This document shows, one piece after another, positions 1-11,966 of a DNA stretch of 64,000 nt (positions are counted from its first letter, which is position 1; each line of letters begins with the position of its first letter). The notes under the pieces were generated by a model. The model was given only the letters and a program-made list of their open reading frames with translations. It was not told the DNA's origin and searched no databases. This DNA comes from Trichodelitschia bisporula (taxonomy: Eukaryota). The position numbers and the translations under genes are program-made. The stretch spans positions 812,174-876,173 of the forward strand of contig ML996691.1 of assembly GCA_010356995.1 (NCBI GenBank). Direction: 5' to 3'.

Positions 1-1109
1 GGTGAAGGGGGCGAGTTGGGTCGTAGCCGCCATCCAACGCGCGAGGTAGGCCTTGAAAGACGTCTGATCCGGATTGCACGACCTGGCCCATTCACACGAA
101 ATCTCGACCATGGCGTTGTGAGGGAGCGTCTGGCCTTGAGGGTTGACAAGTGGAAAGAAGTTCTTCAGCGAAACATCCAGCAGGCCCTGGACTCGCTTCT
201 TCCAAAGGGGGTTCCCGTCGGTCTAGCCAGTTAGCGCATGATACGTCCAAATTAACACCATACGTACGTAGTTGTACATGTTCGCGGCGCCCATCAGCAT
301 TGTACCGTAGTTGTACGTCCATTGGTTGTGGTTGGCATCGGTACAGTTCTTAGCTACATCCGATCCATCATTGACTTGGAACTCCGGCGTCAAATTTGGC
401 GTTGAAGCCAACCAGTCCCAGACTTTGTCGGCCCACAAGGCGTACGTCGCATTGCCAGTGTACCGAGCAAGCCGGGCAGAGAGCTGAAAGAGCGCACCGT
501 TGGAGATGGTGTTCTTGTAGGTCCATCCAGGGTTTGTGAACAAGATCTGCCAGCGCAGGCCTCCACCGCACGTTTGGGTATCCCAACGAGGCACCTGGGT
601 GTTGAACACCGCCTGGGCTAGAGCAAGCCACGACGGCTTGTCGTCAGGAGGATCGGGAAACTTGAGCTCGGCGGCTGTGAGGACGGAAAAGGCCCAGAAG
701 GACTGGTCGTCGTTGCCCTCCTCGTTGCTCCAGTTCGCTGGCATGTAGTTCCTGTCCTGACCCATCTGAAAGAGGAGCGCTTGCGTGACGATATCATTAT
801 ACGTCGTGTCGCCAGTGTAGCTCCAGTACTCGATCAATTCGCCCCACATTGCGCCCGCCTGCCACCAGTAGTAGGGTTTGGGGAGGGCGCCCGGTATCTG
901 ACCGGGTTCGTTGCCATGGTAGTATTTGAGCAGGCCACGTGTGATTGTCGAAGATGCTTTCTTGATCGAATCTGAGATGGCGATTAGCAAGGCAGTTCAA
1001 CTGCAGGATTGATGAGCCGCTAACCTGTGCTCGTCAAGTCGAGCTCGATGGCGGAAACGTGGCAACACACGGCTGCAAGGAAGAGGAGAACATGTTTGAA
1101 GGCCCTCAT
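1..1109 (-). CDS. Glycoside hydrolase family 76 (Dcw1/Dfg5-like alpha-1,6-mannanase/transglycosidase), 3' end beyond window edge
   Basis: Exons ~1109-1025, 971-268, 222-<1 with GT-AG introns. Signal peptide MRAFKHVLLFLAAVCCHVSA; GH76 motifs YYWWQAGAMWG, catalytic EGNDDQSFW, TCGGGLRWQI, YKNTISNG, WTYNYG, DQTSFKAYLARW. Confidence 0.93.
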
Positions 1110-2706
1110 GGGGAGCGAGAGAGCACCTGGTCGGAGATTAATAGAGGTGGCCGCAGTGACGTATGAGTGACAGATCAAGAGGGAGGGCGCGACGCGGAGC
1201 GACTCCTCATGAATTGAACGTGATAAAATGCCTATGACTCTGGAAACGAAGGGCGACGGTCGTCACGATAGGGAAGACGCGACATGGGGTAGAGTGTGAG
1301 GGAGTGGAAATGGAAGTGGTAGACGATTTTAGGGTACCTGAGGTTGCAAATGAGTGTAGAGGGTCGATGGAGTTTTGGCAGTGCAGGCGCAAAATTTCCC
1401 GAGTCGCCGACAAAGGGAAGTCGCGAGCCACGACCTTATCAAGGCTTAAAGTTGATTGCCTAACGATTCGTGTTCAAGGGCCGGGAGGAAGAATTGAATT
1501 GTTTGTTTGGCGGGCTCCGTAGGAAGAGTGACCAATTGGGGGTGTGTGGATTAGATGAAGATAAACACCATGGCCCAGGGCATTTACCCGTGCGTCGAAG
1601 AGGTGACAATTTGGGAGTCGATGCGGCGATGACGAGGGTATCTAAGGGCCAATCCGAACAAGCGAGTTGCTTTGACCTTGTTCTTTAGACCGTTGGCTAT
1701 TTCCCTTCCTTCTGGCTGGGGGGGGCCGAGAGAATGGTGCCTTCCCAAATTGATATCAAACGGTTCGCCAAGGCAAAGTGCTATCTGAAGTGGGATGGTG
1801 AGTTGGTGATGCTATGGAGGGGGTGAGAATAACGAACCTGCCTTCCCTTTTACTCTTCAATCGGCTTCGCTCTACCTCATGTCCAACTCATTCTCCTCGC
1901 CTCTCAACGGCTTCCGACACCTTGGGACCGGGTGAGTATATAGAGTTCACCGACACTGAGCACCGGCCCGCTAAAGAACCGTTGGGAGTTACGCAGACAA
2001 TATTAGCTAGCTTCTAGTACTACCTACCCATACCCAAGTCACATCCAACAGGTCCCTGAAAGCCGGCTCTGTACATGGTCGACATTTCATGGTTTGCTGC
2101 ATGTTAGACGGAATGCCGCGTCCCATGCGTACGTTGTACCAGTATATATCCCTCTCAAGACGCGTCGTCATAGGACACCATCGACGAGTGGTTTTCGGAT
2201 ATCGCAACATGCTTGTCTGGTACCTGGCATAAGGTTATGCTTCGTAACATATGCCAGGACTCTTCAACTCTTGCAGTCATGTGGTCAACCTTATCTCCTC
2301 CACATCCCCAAGCAAGTCGTGACGTCGAGACGAAAGGAAGAGGAGGTGAGAAGAAGTGCAAGCGGCCCGTTGTTATCCGTCCCTTGCCTTTGCATGCCGT
2401 CAGCCTCCTGACCTCTTCTTCCCTTCTCATCCCTCCTGCACCTTGACGCCCCTAATCCTTGGCATGCTAAGCCTCCAGTAGTCAAGCCTCTCTCTCATCC
2501 GCCCCCCCCCCCCCCCCCACCCCCAAAGGGCAAAGGCTCGAAAACACTGCGGAAGAGCATTTGGCGTCAGCGATCCCATCTCAAAACACTTCTCCACAAC
2601 CCCCAACCCACCCACACCCTCAATTGACCCTCATCCACCCCACTAGCCGTGCCTCTTGCGGCTATCCTTGAACCTCCCTACTTGCTACCACCCGACTCGG
2701 CACACA

Positions 2707-4480
2707 ATGCTCAAGTTGTTCGCCCCCCGGACCGCTTTGCGAGCATCCGCCAGGTCCGGAGCTCCGATTCCCGCTTTTCGCCCTTCAGCATTCCCGTTGA
2801 CGTGCAACGCAGCCTTCCGGAGAGGCTATGCCTCCGAAGCTGGTATGCGCATCCTGGCAGCTATCACTGGCACCAACTGACAGTCCACAGAGGAGCGCGA
2901 TCTCATCGTCATCGGTGGCGGTGTGGCTGGTTATGTCGCCGCTATCAAAGCTGGCCAGGCGGGCCTCAAAGTGAGCTCAAGCCCACGATTCATCCTTCAC
3001 CACATGCTAACAGATCTGGCAGGTGTCATGCATAGAAAAGCGTGCGACTCTCGGCGGTACCTGCTTGAACGTGGGCTGCATCCCCTCCAAGTCCCTCCTC
3101 AACAACACCCATCTCTACCACCAGATTTTGCACGACACGAAGAACCGCGGCATCGTAGTTGATGGCGTACACATGGATATTGCCCAGCTCATGAAGGCGA
3201 AGGAGACGTCCGTGTCGGGCCTCACCAAGGGTATCGAGTTCCTGTTCAAGAAGAACAATGTCGAATGGGTCAAGGGCACCGGCGCTTTTGCCGACGAGCA
3301 CACTGTCGACGTCAATCTCGTTGAGGGTGGCGAGCGGAGTCTGCGCGGAAAGAACATTATCGTCGCGACTGGCAGCGAGGCTACGCCCTTCCCCGGCCTC
3401 ACCATCGATGAGGAGAAGGTTATTACCAGCACGGGTGCCATTGCGCTGAAGGAAGTGCCGAAGAAGATGGTCGTAATTGGCGGTGGAATTATCGGCCTGG
3501 AGATGGTACGCGCGGACATGCACTTGCAGGATCGAGCTGACGCAGATAGGGATCCGTCTGGTCACGGCTGGGCGCAGAGGTGACAGTTGTTGAGTACCTC
3601 GGGCAGATTGGCGGCCCCGGTATGGACGCTGAGGTGGCCAAGGCGACGCAGAAGCTTTTGGCCAAGCAGGGTATGAAGTTCAAGCTCAACACCAAGGTTA
3701 CCAGCGGCGATGACAGCAGCGCGTCTGTCAAGATCAACGTCGAGGCCGCGAAGGGCGGCAAGGAGGAGACTGTGAGTTGGATGTCCCTTTTCGGGATACT
3801 CGTCTGATATTTTAGCTCGATGCCGACGTGGTGCTTGTCGCCATTGGCCGCCGCCCTTACACCGCAGGCCTGGGCTTCGAAAATATCGGCCTCGAGGTCG
3901 ACGAACGTGGGCGCCTCATCATCGACCAGGAGTACCGCACTAAGATTCCCCACATCCGCGTCATCGGCGATTGCACCTTTGGACCTATGCTGGCCCACAA
4001 GGCTGAGGAGGAGGCCGTTGCGGCTGTTGAATACATCACCAAGGGTTACGGTCATGTCAACTACAACGCAATCCCGTCCGTCATGTACACGCACCCCGAG
4101 GTCGCGTGGGTCGGCCAGAACGAGCAGGAGCTGCAGAAAGAGGGCGTCAAGTACAAGGTCGGCACGTTCCCCTTCTCCGCCAACTCTCGCGCGAAGACGA
4201 ACCTCGACACCGAAGGCTTCGTCAAGTTCCTCAGTGATGCGGAGACGGACCGGATCCTGGGCGTGCACATCGTCGGTCCCAATGCCGGCGAGATGATTGC
4301 CGAGGGTACGCTGGCGCTTGAGTATGGTGCTAGCTGCGAGGATGTTGCACGGACGTCACACGGTAAGTTGATGTCAATCATTGCCGCGACAAGGCTAACA
4401 GCTCTGCAGCCCACCCCACGCTCTCAGAAGCGTTCAAGGAGGCCGCCATGGCCACGTATGACAAGGCTATCCACTTCTGA
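2707..4480 (+). CDS. LPD1: Dihydrolipoyl dehydrogenase (E3), mitochondrial
   Basis: Arg/Ser-rich presequence [19 protein letters not shown] motif IGGGVAG; redox disulfide [16 protein letters not shown] motif [10 protein letters not shown]-terminal HPTLSE. Five short introns (~2843-2890, 2971-3022, 3506-3549, 3772-3815, 4363-4409). Confidence 0.97.
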
Positions 4481-4994
4481 GTGTTGAGGTGGTCGTTGTG
4501 TCACGCTTTACTTCTGGGTACGGGAGCGGGTTTGGTCGCTCGGATGTCATGTTTATTACCTGGTAGTGTATAAAATACCATATAGCATGCGCGTCGGCGA
4601 GGCAAGGACTACATAGTCCTCCGAGCCGCAATCCAATAATGTCGAATCTGGGCGTGAGTGTGATATTGTTCTTAGAACTGGAGTACTGGGTGCTCGGAAT
4701 TGAAGCTTCATATCCTGGTACTAGCCATAAAAATAGCTTTCAGACTTGAGACAAACACCGCAAGAACAGGAGCTAGATCGGTCGGGCAGATTTAGATTGC
4801 TGATATTCTGACGTTGTGAGCTCAAGCTCGCCAGCTCAAAAAACTCTTGTCGCGGAGCTTTCCCGCCGACCCCCGCAACCCAAACGTCAAACCTCCGACC
4901 CGCGCAAAGTGACGTACCAAAATTTCTACACCACAACAGCACCAATTGCCCACCACCACCAGACCAATTCCTTTCCATCTTAAACCGCATAGCC

Positions 4995-5741
4995 ATGCCA
5001 CCTTTACGACCTCTTGGCTGCCTCCACCGCGCCCTCCCATCCGCCCCTCGCTCCGCTCAAAATCCCGTCCTCCGAATCACCACCCGCGCCAGCAGCAGCA
5101 GCAGCAACACCACCAGTCCCAGCAACACCATCTCCCCCCTCCTCCCACCCACCAATACCCCACACCCACAATACCCGCACTACCCCACCGCCTCCTCACC
5201 CCCTCCCTCTGAACCCGCCCCTGAGCCCAAATCCTTCCACCCTGCCTTCACGGGCTTCGTCGCAGGGACCATGATCGCGCTGGGTGTAGCGTATGGCACG
5301 TATCACTTCAGCGGGGTGCGCAACTTGGCACTCGCGGCGCAGGGGACGGGTGCGGCGCTGCATAAAGAGGCGGGGAGTGTATTCCCTGCTGGGAGGAAGG
5401 AGGGGGAGGCGACGGGGGAGGATGTGCGCGCGGCGCTGGGGTGGTTGAGGAAGGTTGCGGGGTACTATGCGGCGTTTATGCCGCAGGGGGAACGGTATTT
5501 GGGACAGAAGTGGGGGGAGTTAGAGAGGGGGGTGCAGGAGGGACGGGTGGCGGGGACGGAGGTTGTGGGGAGGATTAGGGGGTGTGCGGAGGAGCTTGGG
5601 AAGGAGGTTGGACGGGGGGGTGTTATTGGGCTTTATACGGGGAAGGAGTGCTGGGGGATTGTGTTTCGGTGTGTGGAGGAGTTGGGGACTAAGGTTGGGC
5701 TTAAGACAGAGGGGGAGAAGTTGCAACGGCCGAGGAAGTAG
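4995..5741 (+). CDS. Hypothetical fungal protein, probable mitochondrial presequence plus single TM and amphipathic helices (apolipoprotein-like family)
   Basis: Intronless 248-aa ORF. Basic, acid-free N-terminus; TM FVAGTMIALGVAYGTYHFSG; segment ALGWLRKVAGYYAAFMP resembles a fungal family often labelled apolipoprotein/apolipophorin-like (recalled, not searched). Confidence 0.6.
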   Translation: MPPLRPLGCLHRALPSAPRSAQNPVLRITTRASSSSSNTTSPSNTISPLLPPTNTPHPQYPHYPTASSPPPSEPAPEPKSFHPAFTGFVAGTMIALGVAYGTYHFSGVRNLALAAQGTGAALHKEAGSVFPAGRKEGEATGEDVRAALGWLRKVAGYYAAFMPQGERYLGQKWGELERGVQEGRVAGTEVVGRIRGCAEELGKEVGRGGVIGLYTGKECWGIVFRCVEELGTKVGLKTEGEKLQRPRK

Positions 5742-6801
5742 GTGCGGATGGCTGTGGGATGGGTGGGTTGTATGATATGGAGTGCATTGCGGCTGGGTGG
5801 ATCATACATGCGGATGGCGTATGTGGGGGGGGGGGGTGTACATACTGGCACTGTTGGCTGTGGTCATCCGTCGTGGCTCGATCACCGCCTGTCAGCATAT
5901 GGGACCTGGTCGGGCCCAGTGCTGACGGCCAGATGGCAAGCACCGAAAATATCTGCCTACGGATATTTGCCTACGGGCAGTAGATCGCATCTCTCATACT
6001 TTCATTTCCATTTCCCATGGCATGAAGTCTCTTTGAATTCCCTGATGCCTACGGAGTACTAAGCTGTAGATTTCCTAGACTCATGCCAAAGGATGAAGAA
6101 TACGAACAAGGATAAAAAACCAAGACGACAGGAGAAGAGCCAATCGCAATAACTAGCGGCGAAGGGACGACTGTAGGTAGACTGGGAGAACCAGATAGAT
6201 CAAGGCGTTTTGAGCCCAAGGTGACGGATTAGGAAAGGTGGGATGCGCAAGCGGGGGCGGCCCGACCCGCAGGTCCTCACCACGTGGGAAACTTGACGGT
6301 GTGCTTCCATGCGGTAGAAAGCACGCGATTTTGTTCAGAGGCCTGTGCTGGTCGGATGGAGAAAGATTGCTGAAGCAAGAGTACCTTAGTACGCAAGATT
6401 GCGTGGTAGAACATATGGTAAAGTCGACGGATGGTGGCATAAATCAGCCTTAACAACATCGGACGAATTGGTTGGTTTTGTCCTTTCTGAACTTCGTATG
6501 AAGGCGATCATGCGAATGGAGGGTGCGAAATACGTCGATGTGAGATACTGGAGATTGATATTATTGGTGCCGTCAAGCGCCAGCAAGTCTCGAAGAGAAG
6601 TTGCAAGGCGCAACAGGGATATGTCGCACGGGCCAGCATGGTGGGCATACCGTGGGGAGCAGGGGTGCATCATCGCTGCAACATCAACCATACATCCCAT
6701 CCACGACCTCCGCTGCATGACCGTCAACTCCCATAATCTGAGCACGGTTCCCACTTTCGTCCAGCGTCCCTAAGAAGCCACCCTCTCTTCTGACCGCCAA
6801 A

Positions 6802-7883
6802 ATGCCACTGTACGCCACTCCCCTCCCGTACAACAAACACCAAACTAACGTCCCAGAACCCTCATCTCCAAAAAGTCCTGGAACGTCTGGGCGCCCGCAA
6901 ACCTCGCCCGCGTACGCCGCGATGAAGCCGCCGCTGCTGCCGCAGAAGCCGCTTCCGACGAACGCCAGCAGGCCCGCGATGCCGAGCGACGACTCGCGCT
7001 GCTGAGGGGCGAGATCCCGCCGCCTGACAGGTCGCCTTCCTCGCCGGTGCGGATTGCAAGGGAGTCAGAGCGGCGTGAGGGAGGGAGGGATAAGAAGAGG
7101 AGGCGGTTGGAGGGGGAAGATGATACGGAGCGGGATTTGAGAATTGCGCGGGAGGAGATGCAGGTGGTGGTGGGGGGGGACGGTGGGAAGAAGGCGACAA
7201 CGAGCACGGCGCCGATTGTGGATGGACGGGGGCATATTAATTTGTTTCCGGTTGAGGGGGGTGTTGAGGGTGTGGGGAATGAGGAGGCGGAGAGGGAGAA
7301 GAAGAGGCGGGAGCGCGAGTTTGAGGATCAGTATACTATGCGCTTGGGGAATGCGGCGGGCCGGGAGGGGGTGGGGAGGCCGTGGTATGCGGATGCGGGG
7401 AAGGGGGAGGTGTTGGAGGAGGAGGGGAAGAATGTCTGGGGGAGGTCGGATCCGGGGAGGAAGGTCAGGGCGGAGGCGAGGATGGGGGCTTCGGATCCGT
7501 TGGCTTTTATGAAGAAAGCGCAGACGCAGCTTAAGCAGGCGGAGGTGGATAGGAGGAGATGGGCGGTGGAGCGGGAGAGGGAGTTGGAGAGGTTGAGAGC
7601 GGAGCAGGAGAGGACGGAGAGGACGGAGAGGAAGGAGAAGAAGAGGCGGAGACGTGAGGGTAGTGATGATCTGGAAGGCTTCAGTTTGGATGCTCCGCCG
7701 AACAAAGAAGAGGACCGCGGTCGCTCGAAGGAACACCGCCACAAGCACAGGCGCCACAGAAGCCGGGATAGAGATCGGAGACGGGAAGACCACGAGACAG
7801 AGCGTCGTCGATCAACACACCACAGGGAACGGCATAGAAGTATGAGTCCTGACAGAGAACATCGGCGCCATTCCAGACATTAG
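6802..7883 (+). CDS. CIR N-terminal domain protein, LENG1-like (probable spliceosome-associated)
   Basis: Exon 1 ATGCCACT, intron ~6810-6856 (GTACGC..CTAAC..CAG), giving MPLTLISKKSWNVWAPANLARVRRDE (CIR_N/LENG1 signature KKSWxV..N.ARVRRDE). Also GHINLF, PWY, DPL motifs and an R/H/S-rich C-terminus. Confidence 0.85.
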
Positions 7884-8016
7884 TCCTGATATTCCCTACA
7901 TACAAATATTCAAGATCAGACATCCAAGGCACCTCGCCAGTCCGCATTCGATTAACCAAGTTGCCGTCGCCTAGCAATGCGCTTAGCATGCTATTACTGA
8001 AGCTCACAAGCCCGAA

Positions 8017-9565
8017 TCAGGCCGTCTTCTCATACGCCCTCCACCAGATGCCCATGTTCGTAGCAACCAGCAGATCGATCATCTTCAAGCCCTCCTCTTC
8101 GATGATGAGCTTGCCTAGCTTGGCTTGCCTCCCATCGAATCCTCCCCCGGCCCGCTCTTGTCCAAGCAAAAGGCTGAGTCCCACGTTCTCCGATGGGTAC
8201 GAGTTTCTCTTATCCCTCTTCAGAGGGGTAGCAGATGCGAGGGGGCCGCCGCCAGGAAGGTTGAACCGCAGTTCGCTGACGGCCAGAGGCGGCAGGAATT
8301 CCGCGCCGAACTTGGCGGTAGGGACGGAGTGTTTGCACTGTAACATTGTTAGAGAGGAGCCATTTGGACCAAGTATCGCTGGACATGCCTTAAGCGAGCT
8401 ACCAACCGATGAAACCGAGAACTCACATCTACCGTCCCACGGACTGAGGAACGTGTAGCCCTTGTGTTTTGACCTCCTGCGATCTCCCTCCACACCGATA
8501 GTCCTTATTCCTGCCCCTTCGACCGGACCACCCAGTGACCTCCGGAAATCTTGCCGCGACGATGGGCTATTCGACGAAAGTTCATGTCCAGTTGAAAGAC
8601 CTCTCGCGTGGAAACCGGGACGCCCGTCGATGATTGAACCTTCCATCCAGACGCGGCGGGTGAACTTCAGTTCTTTTGGAGCACTGGTGGGACTAGCATA
8701 CTGCGAACCACCAGTGCTAAGAAACTTCAGATAGCCAGGGGTGAGGACATCGACCGTGAATGGTTGCCCCTGCTTCCTCTGCTGCTTGTAGCCAGTGCCT
8801 TTGCTGTCGGAAGATATCTCAAAGACCGGCGTGTCAGTAATCTCTGCAACATCCCATTGCTCTGTCGAGTATGGGTTGCGGCGAATAACAGTAATACGCG
8901 TTGGTGCGGGATTGCTCGAATTCCGCAGGATTACTGAGGGTAAGCTCAGATTCGATGCATCCAGGTGTTCTCTGAAAAGCGAAAGGCGCACATTCTCCTC
9001 CTGACCAGGATCGTCGCGGGAGGGAACCGGGCGTCGTCGCGGCACCGGCAGATTATGTGACGAAGAGCTAGAGGCACCAGGTGTACCATACACCTGAGCA
9101 TCCAAGCCAATGGGAGCGCGGGGCAAAGCAGGCAATGGTCGTGAAATAGTCTGCCGCGGCGGCGTTGCTGGGAGTTGCTTTCTGCTGATCGAAGCTGGAG
9201 TGTAGCCATAAAAGGGCTCCTCCTCGCCTATGTCGCGGGGCGCGGCGCCGATGGGAGGGAGGAAAAACTCATTATCAGGACCATGTACGTGCAGATAATA
9301 TAGGGAGCTGAGGATATCTTCCGCTGTCACGACCTTGTTTCGAGGTTTAAGGGGAGTGAGAAAGATATCTGGTGATTTTAGCCATTGTGCCATGTGATAT
9401 GGAGTGCTCCTTACCTTTGCTGCCGGGAACCCTGGCAATGTAGAGCACCAGCTGCCCGTGAGGTTCGGCGAAGCGTGCGTTTGGATCCGTCGGAGGCTCC
9501 GAGGCAATTGTTGTGATCGAGGAAAGAGACCGTGCCTGTATTGGCTCTGAGAGGTCTCCTGACAT
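8017..9565 (-). CDS. Conserved hypothetical Pezizomycotina protein
   Basis: Exons 9565-9415, 9368-8389, 8337-8017. Spliced product reads LVLYIARVPGSKDIFLTPLKP..EDILSSLYYLH..ITVIRRNP..YTFLSPWDGRCEF..SELRFNLP..LGQERAGGG..AKLGKLII..DLLVATNMGIWW, a pattern of conserved blocks typical of a real protein. Confidence 0.75.
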
Positions 9566-10256
9566 ACTGAAGGTCCAGGTATGAACATGCGAAGCTAAAC
9601 ATTACACTTCGAAGTATTCCAAGAAAGGCTACCTAGAGGCGCTTAAAAGTTCACGAAATGCAGCAGGTCGAGTTTGATCACGCTGTTCTAGTTTCTGTTG
9701 GGTACCTGAAGCAGTTGAGAGGTAGAGGCATGATGTTTAGTCGGGACGCCTTGCTTTGAGGAAGTCGATCGAAGCTTGCCAGTGGCTATGGCGTGGCTGA
9801 GCCGGGGATGAGCTTGCGTATAGCCTCGCAAACAACAAGGACAATTATTGAATAGAGCTGCAGCACAGGAGCTGTAGTCAAAATCAGAACAAATTCGGAT
9901 TGAAGGAGTGAAGTCAAAGGGGAGAGGGAAAGGTATTGTGTCGAGTGTGTTTACCTTTTGGAGTTGACGTCTGACAAGTACCGGTATACGAAGTATACAG
10001 GGGGGGTCTGTGTACCGTACCGTACGTAGTAACTGTCGGCTGCTCGGATGCTTGATCTGTGCTAGTGCCGCCGCTCTTGCCAAGATTTCGAACGGGCACC
10101 CTCCAAAAAATCTCACCGCCCGCACTTCACTGCATCTCCTCGTGCCTCACCTCCCCCGCCTCCTCCACCTTGCCACCCACTCCATTATTCCCACAGGTCT
10201 TCTACAAACCCCTCATTACACATAAGTTGCTCAGCAGGAGCAAAAAGTCATCATCC

Positions 10257-11966
10257 ATGGCCGACGAACTGGAGGTAATTGGTCGCCGTAGCCAATCACT
10301 TCCGTAGGCCCCACCACTGACGTTTATCCACGCAGGCCCGGCTTCAAGGGCACGCTCACGCGCTCGACGGCCTCATGTCGCTCATTCCTGCGAAGTATTA
10401 CTACGAAAAAGACACTACCGTACGTCTACAGTGCGCGTGCAGTCTGCGCAGCGCTTAACGTAACTGCAGGACGATTGGCAGAAGAAGAAGCAGACTCCCG
10501 AGCAGCGACGCGCTGCTAAACGCGCCAAGCTAAACCCCGAATCTCATAAGAGCGCCAAGGAAATTATGGATGAGAACGAGAAGAAGCGCAAGCGCGAATT
10601 GGAGGAGGATGACGACATCTCGGATCTCAACGCTCCCGGCAAGGAGAAGCCTCAGGAGGGTCTCAAGAAGGCCGGACCCAAAGCGAAGAAGCCGAAGACC
10701 GCCGCGAAGGAATCCGTCGAAGCTGCCGGAGCCGAAATGGATGAGACCGCCGCGGCCGAGAAACAGAAGCTGAAGGCCGAGAAGCGGAAAGCAAAGGCGG
10801 ATCGCAAGAAGGAGAAGCTGGCTAAGCAGCTGGAGAAGCGGGCTGCGAAAAAGGAGAGCTCCAAGGAAGATGCTGGAAATGAAGCGGTTCCCGTCGAAAA
10901 GAGTGCCGAAGCCTCTCAGCCTGACGATGAGCAAACACCTACTAAAACGGCTCAATTGGATGAAGAACTGGTCATTGAGAACGACATCGAACCCATGGAC
11001 GTCACTGGCTTGATTCCCGAAGAGGAATCTTCCTCAGTTAGCCCCTCTCCTCCAGCGGATCCAGCCGACACTCCTGTTCAAATCCCCTCGTCAAACTCTT
11101 CTGTAGTCCCACCAGCTGACCAACCCACCTCCGCCGAGTCTGCAAAAGATACCGAGCCCTCTAAAGCGAAGGAGGAAAAACCGAAAATCGACACTGAGGC
11201 TCTCAAGGCACGTCTGCACGCTAGGATCAAGGAACTTCAGGCGAAGCGCGGTGCCGATGGCTTAGACGGCAAGCCTGCGCGTAACCGAGCAGAGCTGATT
11301 GAGGCGCGGCGGCGTAAGGCCGAGGCCCGGAAATTGCACAAAAAGGAACTGCGCAAGCAAGCCAAAGAAGATGAGAAGCGCGAAGAGATGGAGGCAGAGC
11401 TTGCTCGGCTCCGCGGATCCGGCTCGCCATTCGGCGGATCTGATATGTTCGCCACTGGTTCTCGGAGTCCCGACGCTGTCGGAAGCAGCAACCTTGCCTT
11501 TGGCCGTGTTCTCTTCTCGGACGGACAGATCGCCGACCCGACGCTGACACGCTCTTTTCTGCCCCAAACACGCAAAGGCCCGTCCGATCCGAAGACAGCG
11601 CTGGAAGCCGCGGAGAAGAAGGCTCAGCGTTTGAGTGCCATGGACCCTGAGCAACGTAAGAAAGTCGAGGAGAGCGACATGTGGCTCAATGCCCGCAAGA
11701 AGGCGCATGGCGAGCGAGTTCGCGACGACCGCAGCCTGCTCAAGCGTACGCTGAAGCAGAAGGAGAAGATCAAGGCTCGCAGCGAGAAGGAGTGGGCAGA
11801 GCGACAGGAGGCAGTTCGGCATGGGCAGGAGCAGCGCCAGAAAAAGCGCGAGGGGAATATTGCGAAGCGGAAAGAGGAGAAGGGCAGCAAGGGGAAGAAG
11901 AAGGGCGGGCCTAAGAAGAAGGCTCGCGCTGGCTTCGAGGGGACGTTCAAGGCGAAGTCGAAGTAG
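10257..11966 (+). CDS. RRP14: Ribosomal RNA-processing protein 14 / SURF6 family
   Basis: Two 5' introns give MADELE|ARLQGHAHALDGLMSLIPAKYYY..|DDWQKKKQT..AKRAKLNP (RRP14 N domain). C-terminal SURF6 domain (AHGERVRDDRSLLKRTLK..SEKEW..RQKKREGNI..RAGFEG). Confidence 0.93.

Noticed and set aside
4363..4600. Cryptic peroxisomal (PTS1) isoform of LPD1 via readthrough or intron retention
   Set aside because: The stop context is TGA-GTG rather than TGA-CTA, and neither extension ends in an SKL-like tripeptide.
6150..6460. GC-rich structured-looking stretch with GGGAAAC..CGGTG, considered as RNase P RNA
   Set aside because: No proper CR-I (GGGAAAUUCGGUG) or CR-V match; an Rfam cmscan would be needed. 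Nearby ORFs have no recognisable features.
7065..7793. Long antisense ORFs opposite real genes (here and e.g. 3489-4268, 59283-60014)
   Set aside because: Shadow ORFs produced by codon bias of the sense gene.
9411..9731. Alternative start at ATG 9731 (MPLPLNCF..) spliced to the ANTGTVSFLDHNNC frame
   Set aside because: That frame hits a stop after the 9414-9369 intron; only the ATG 9565 frame joins the main ORF. At most a uORF.
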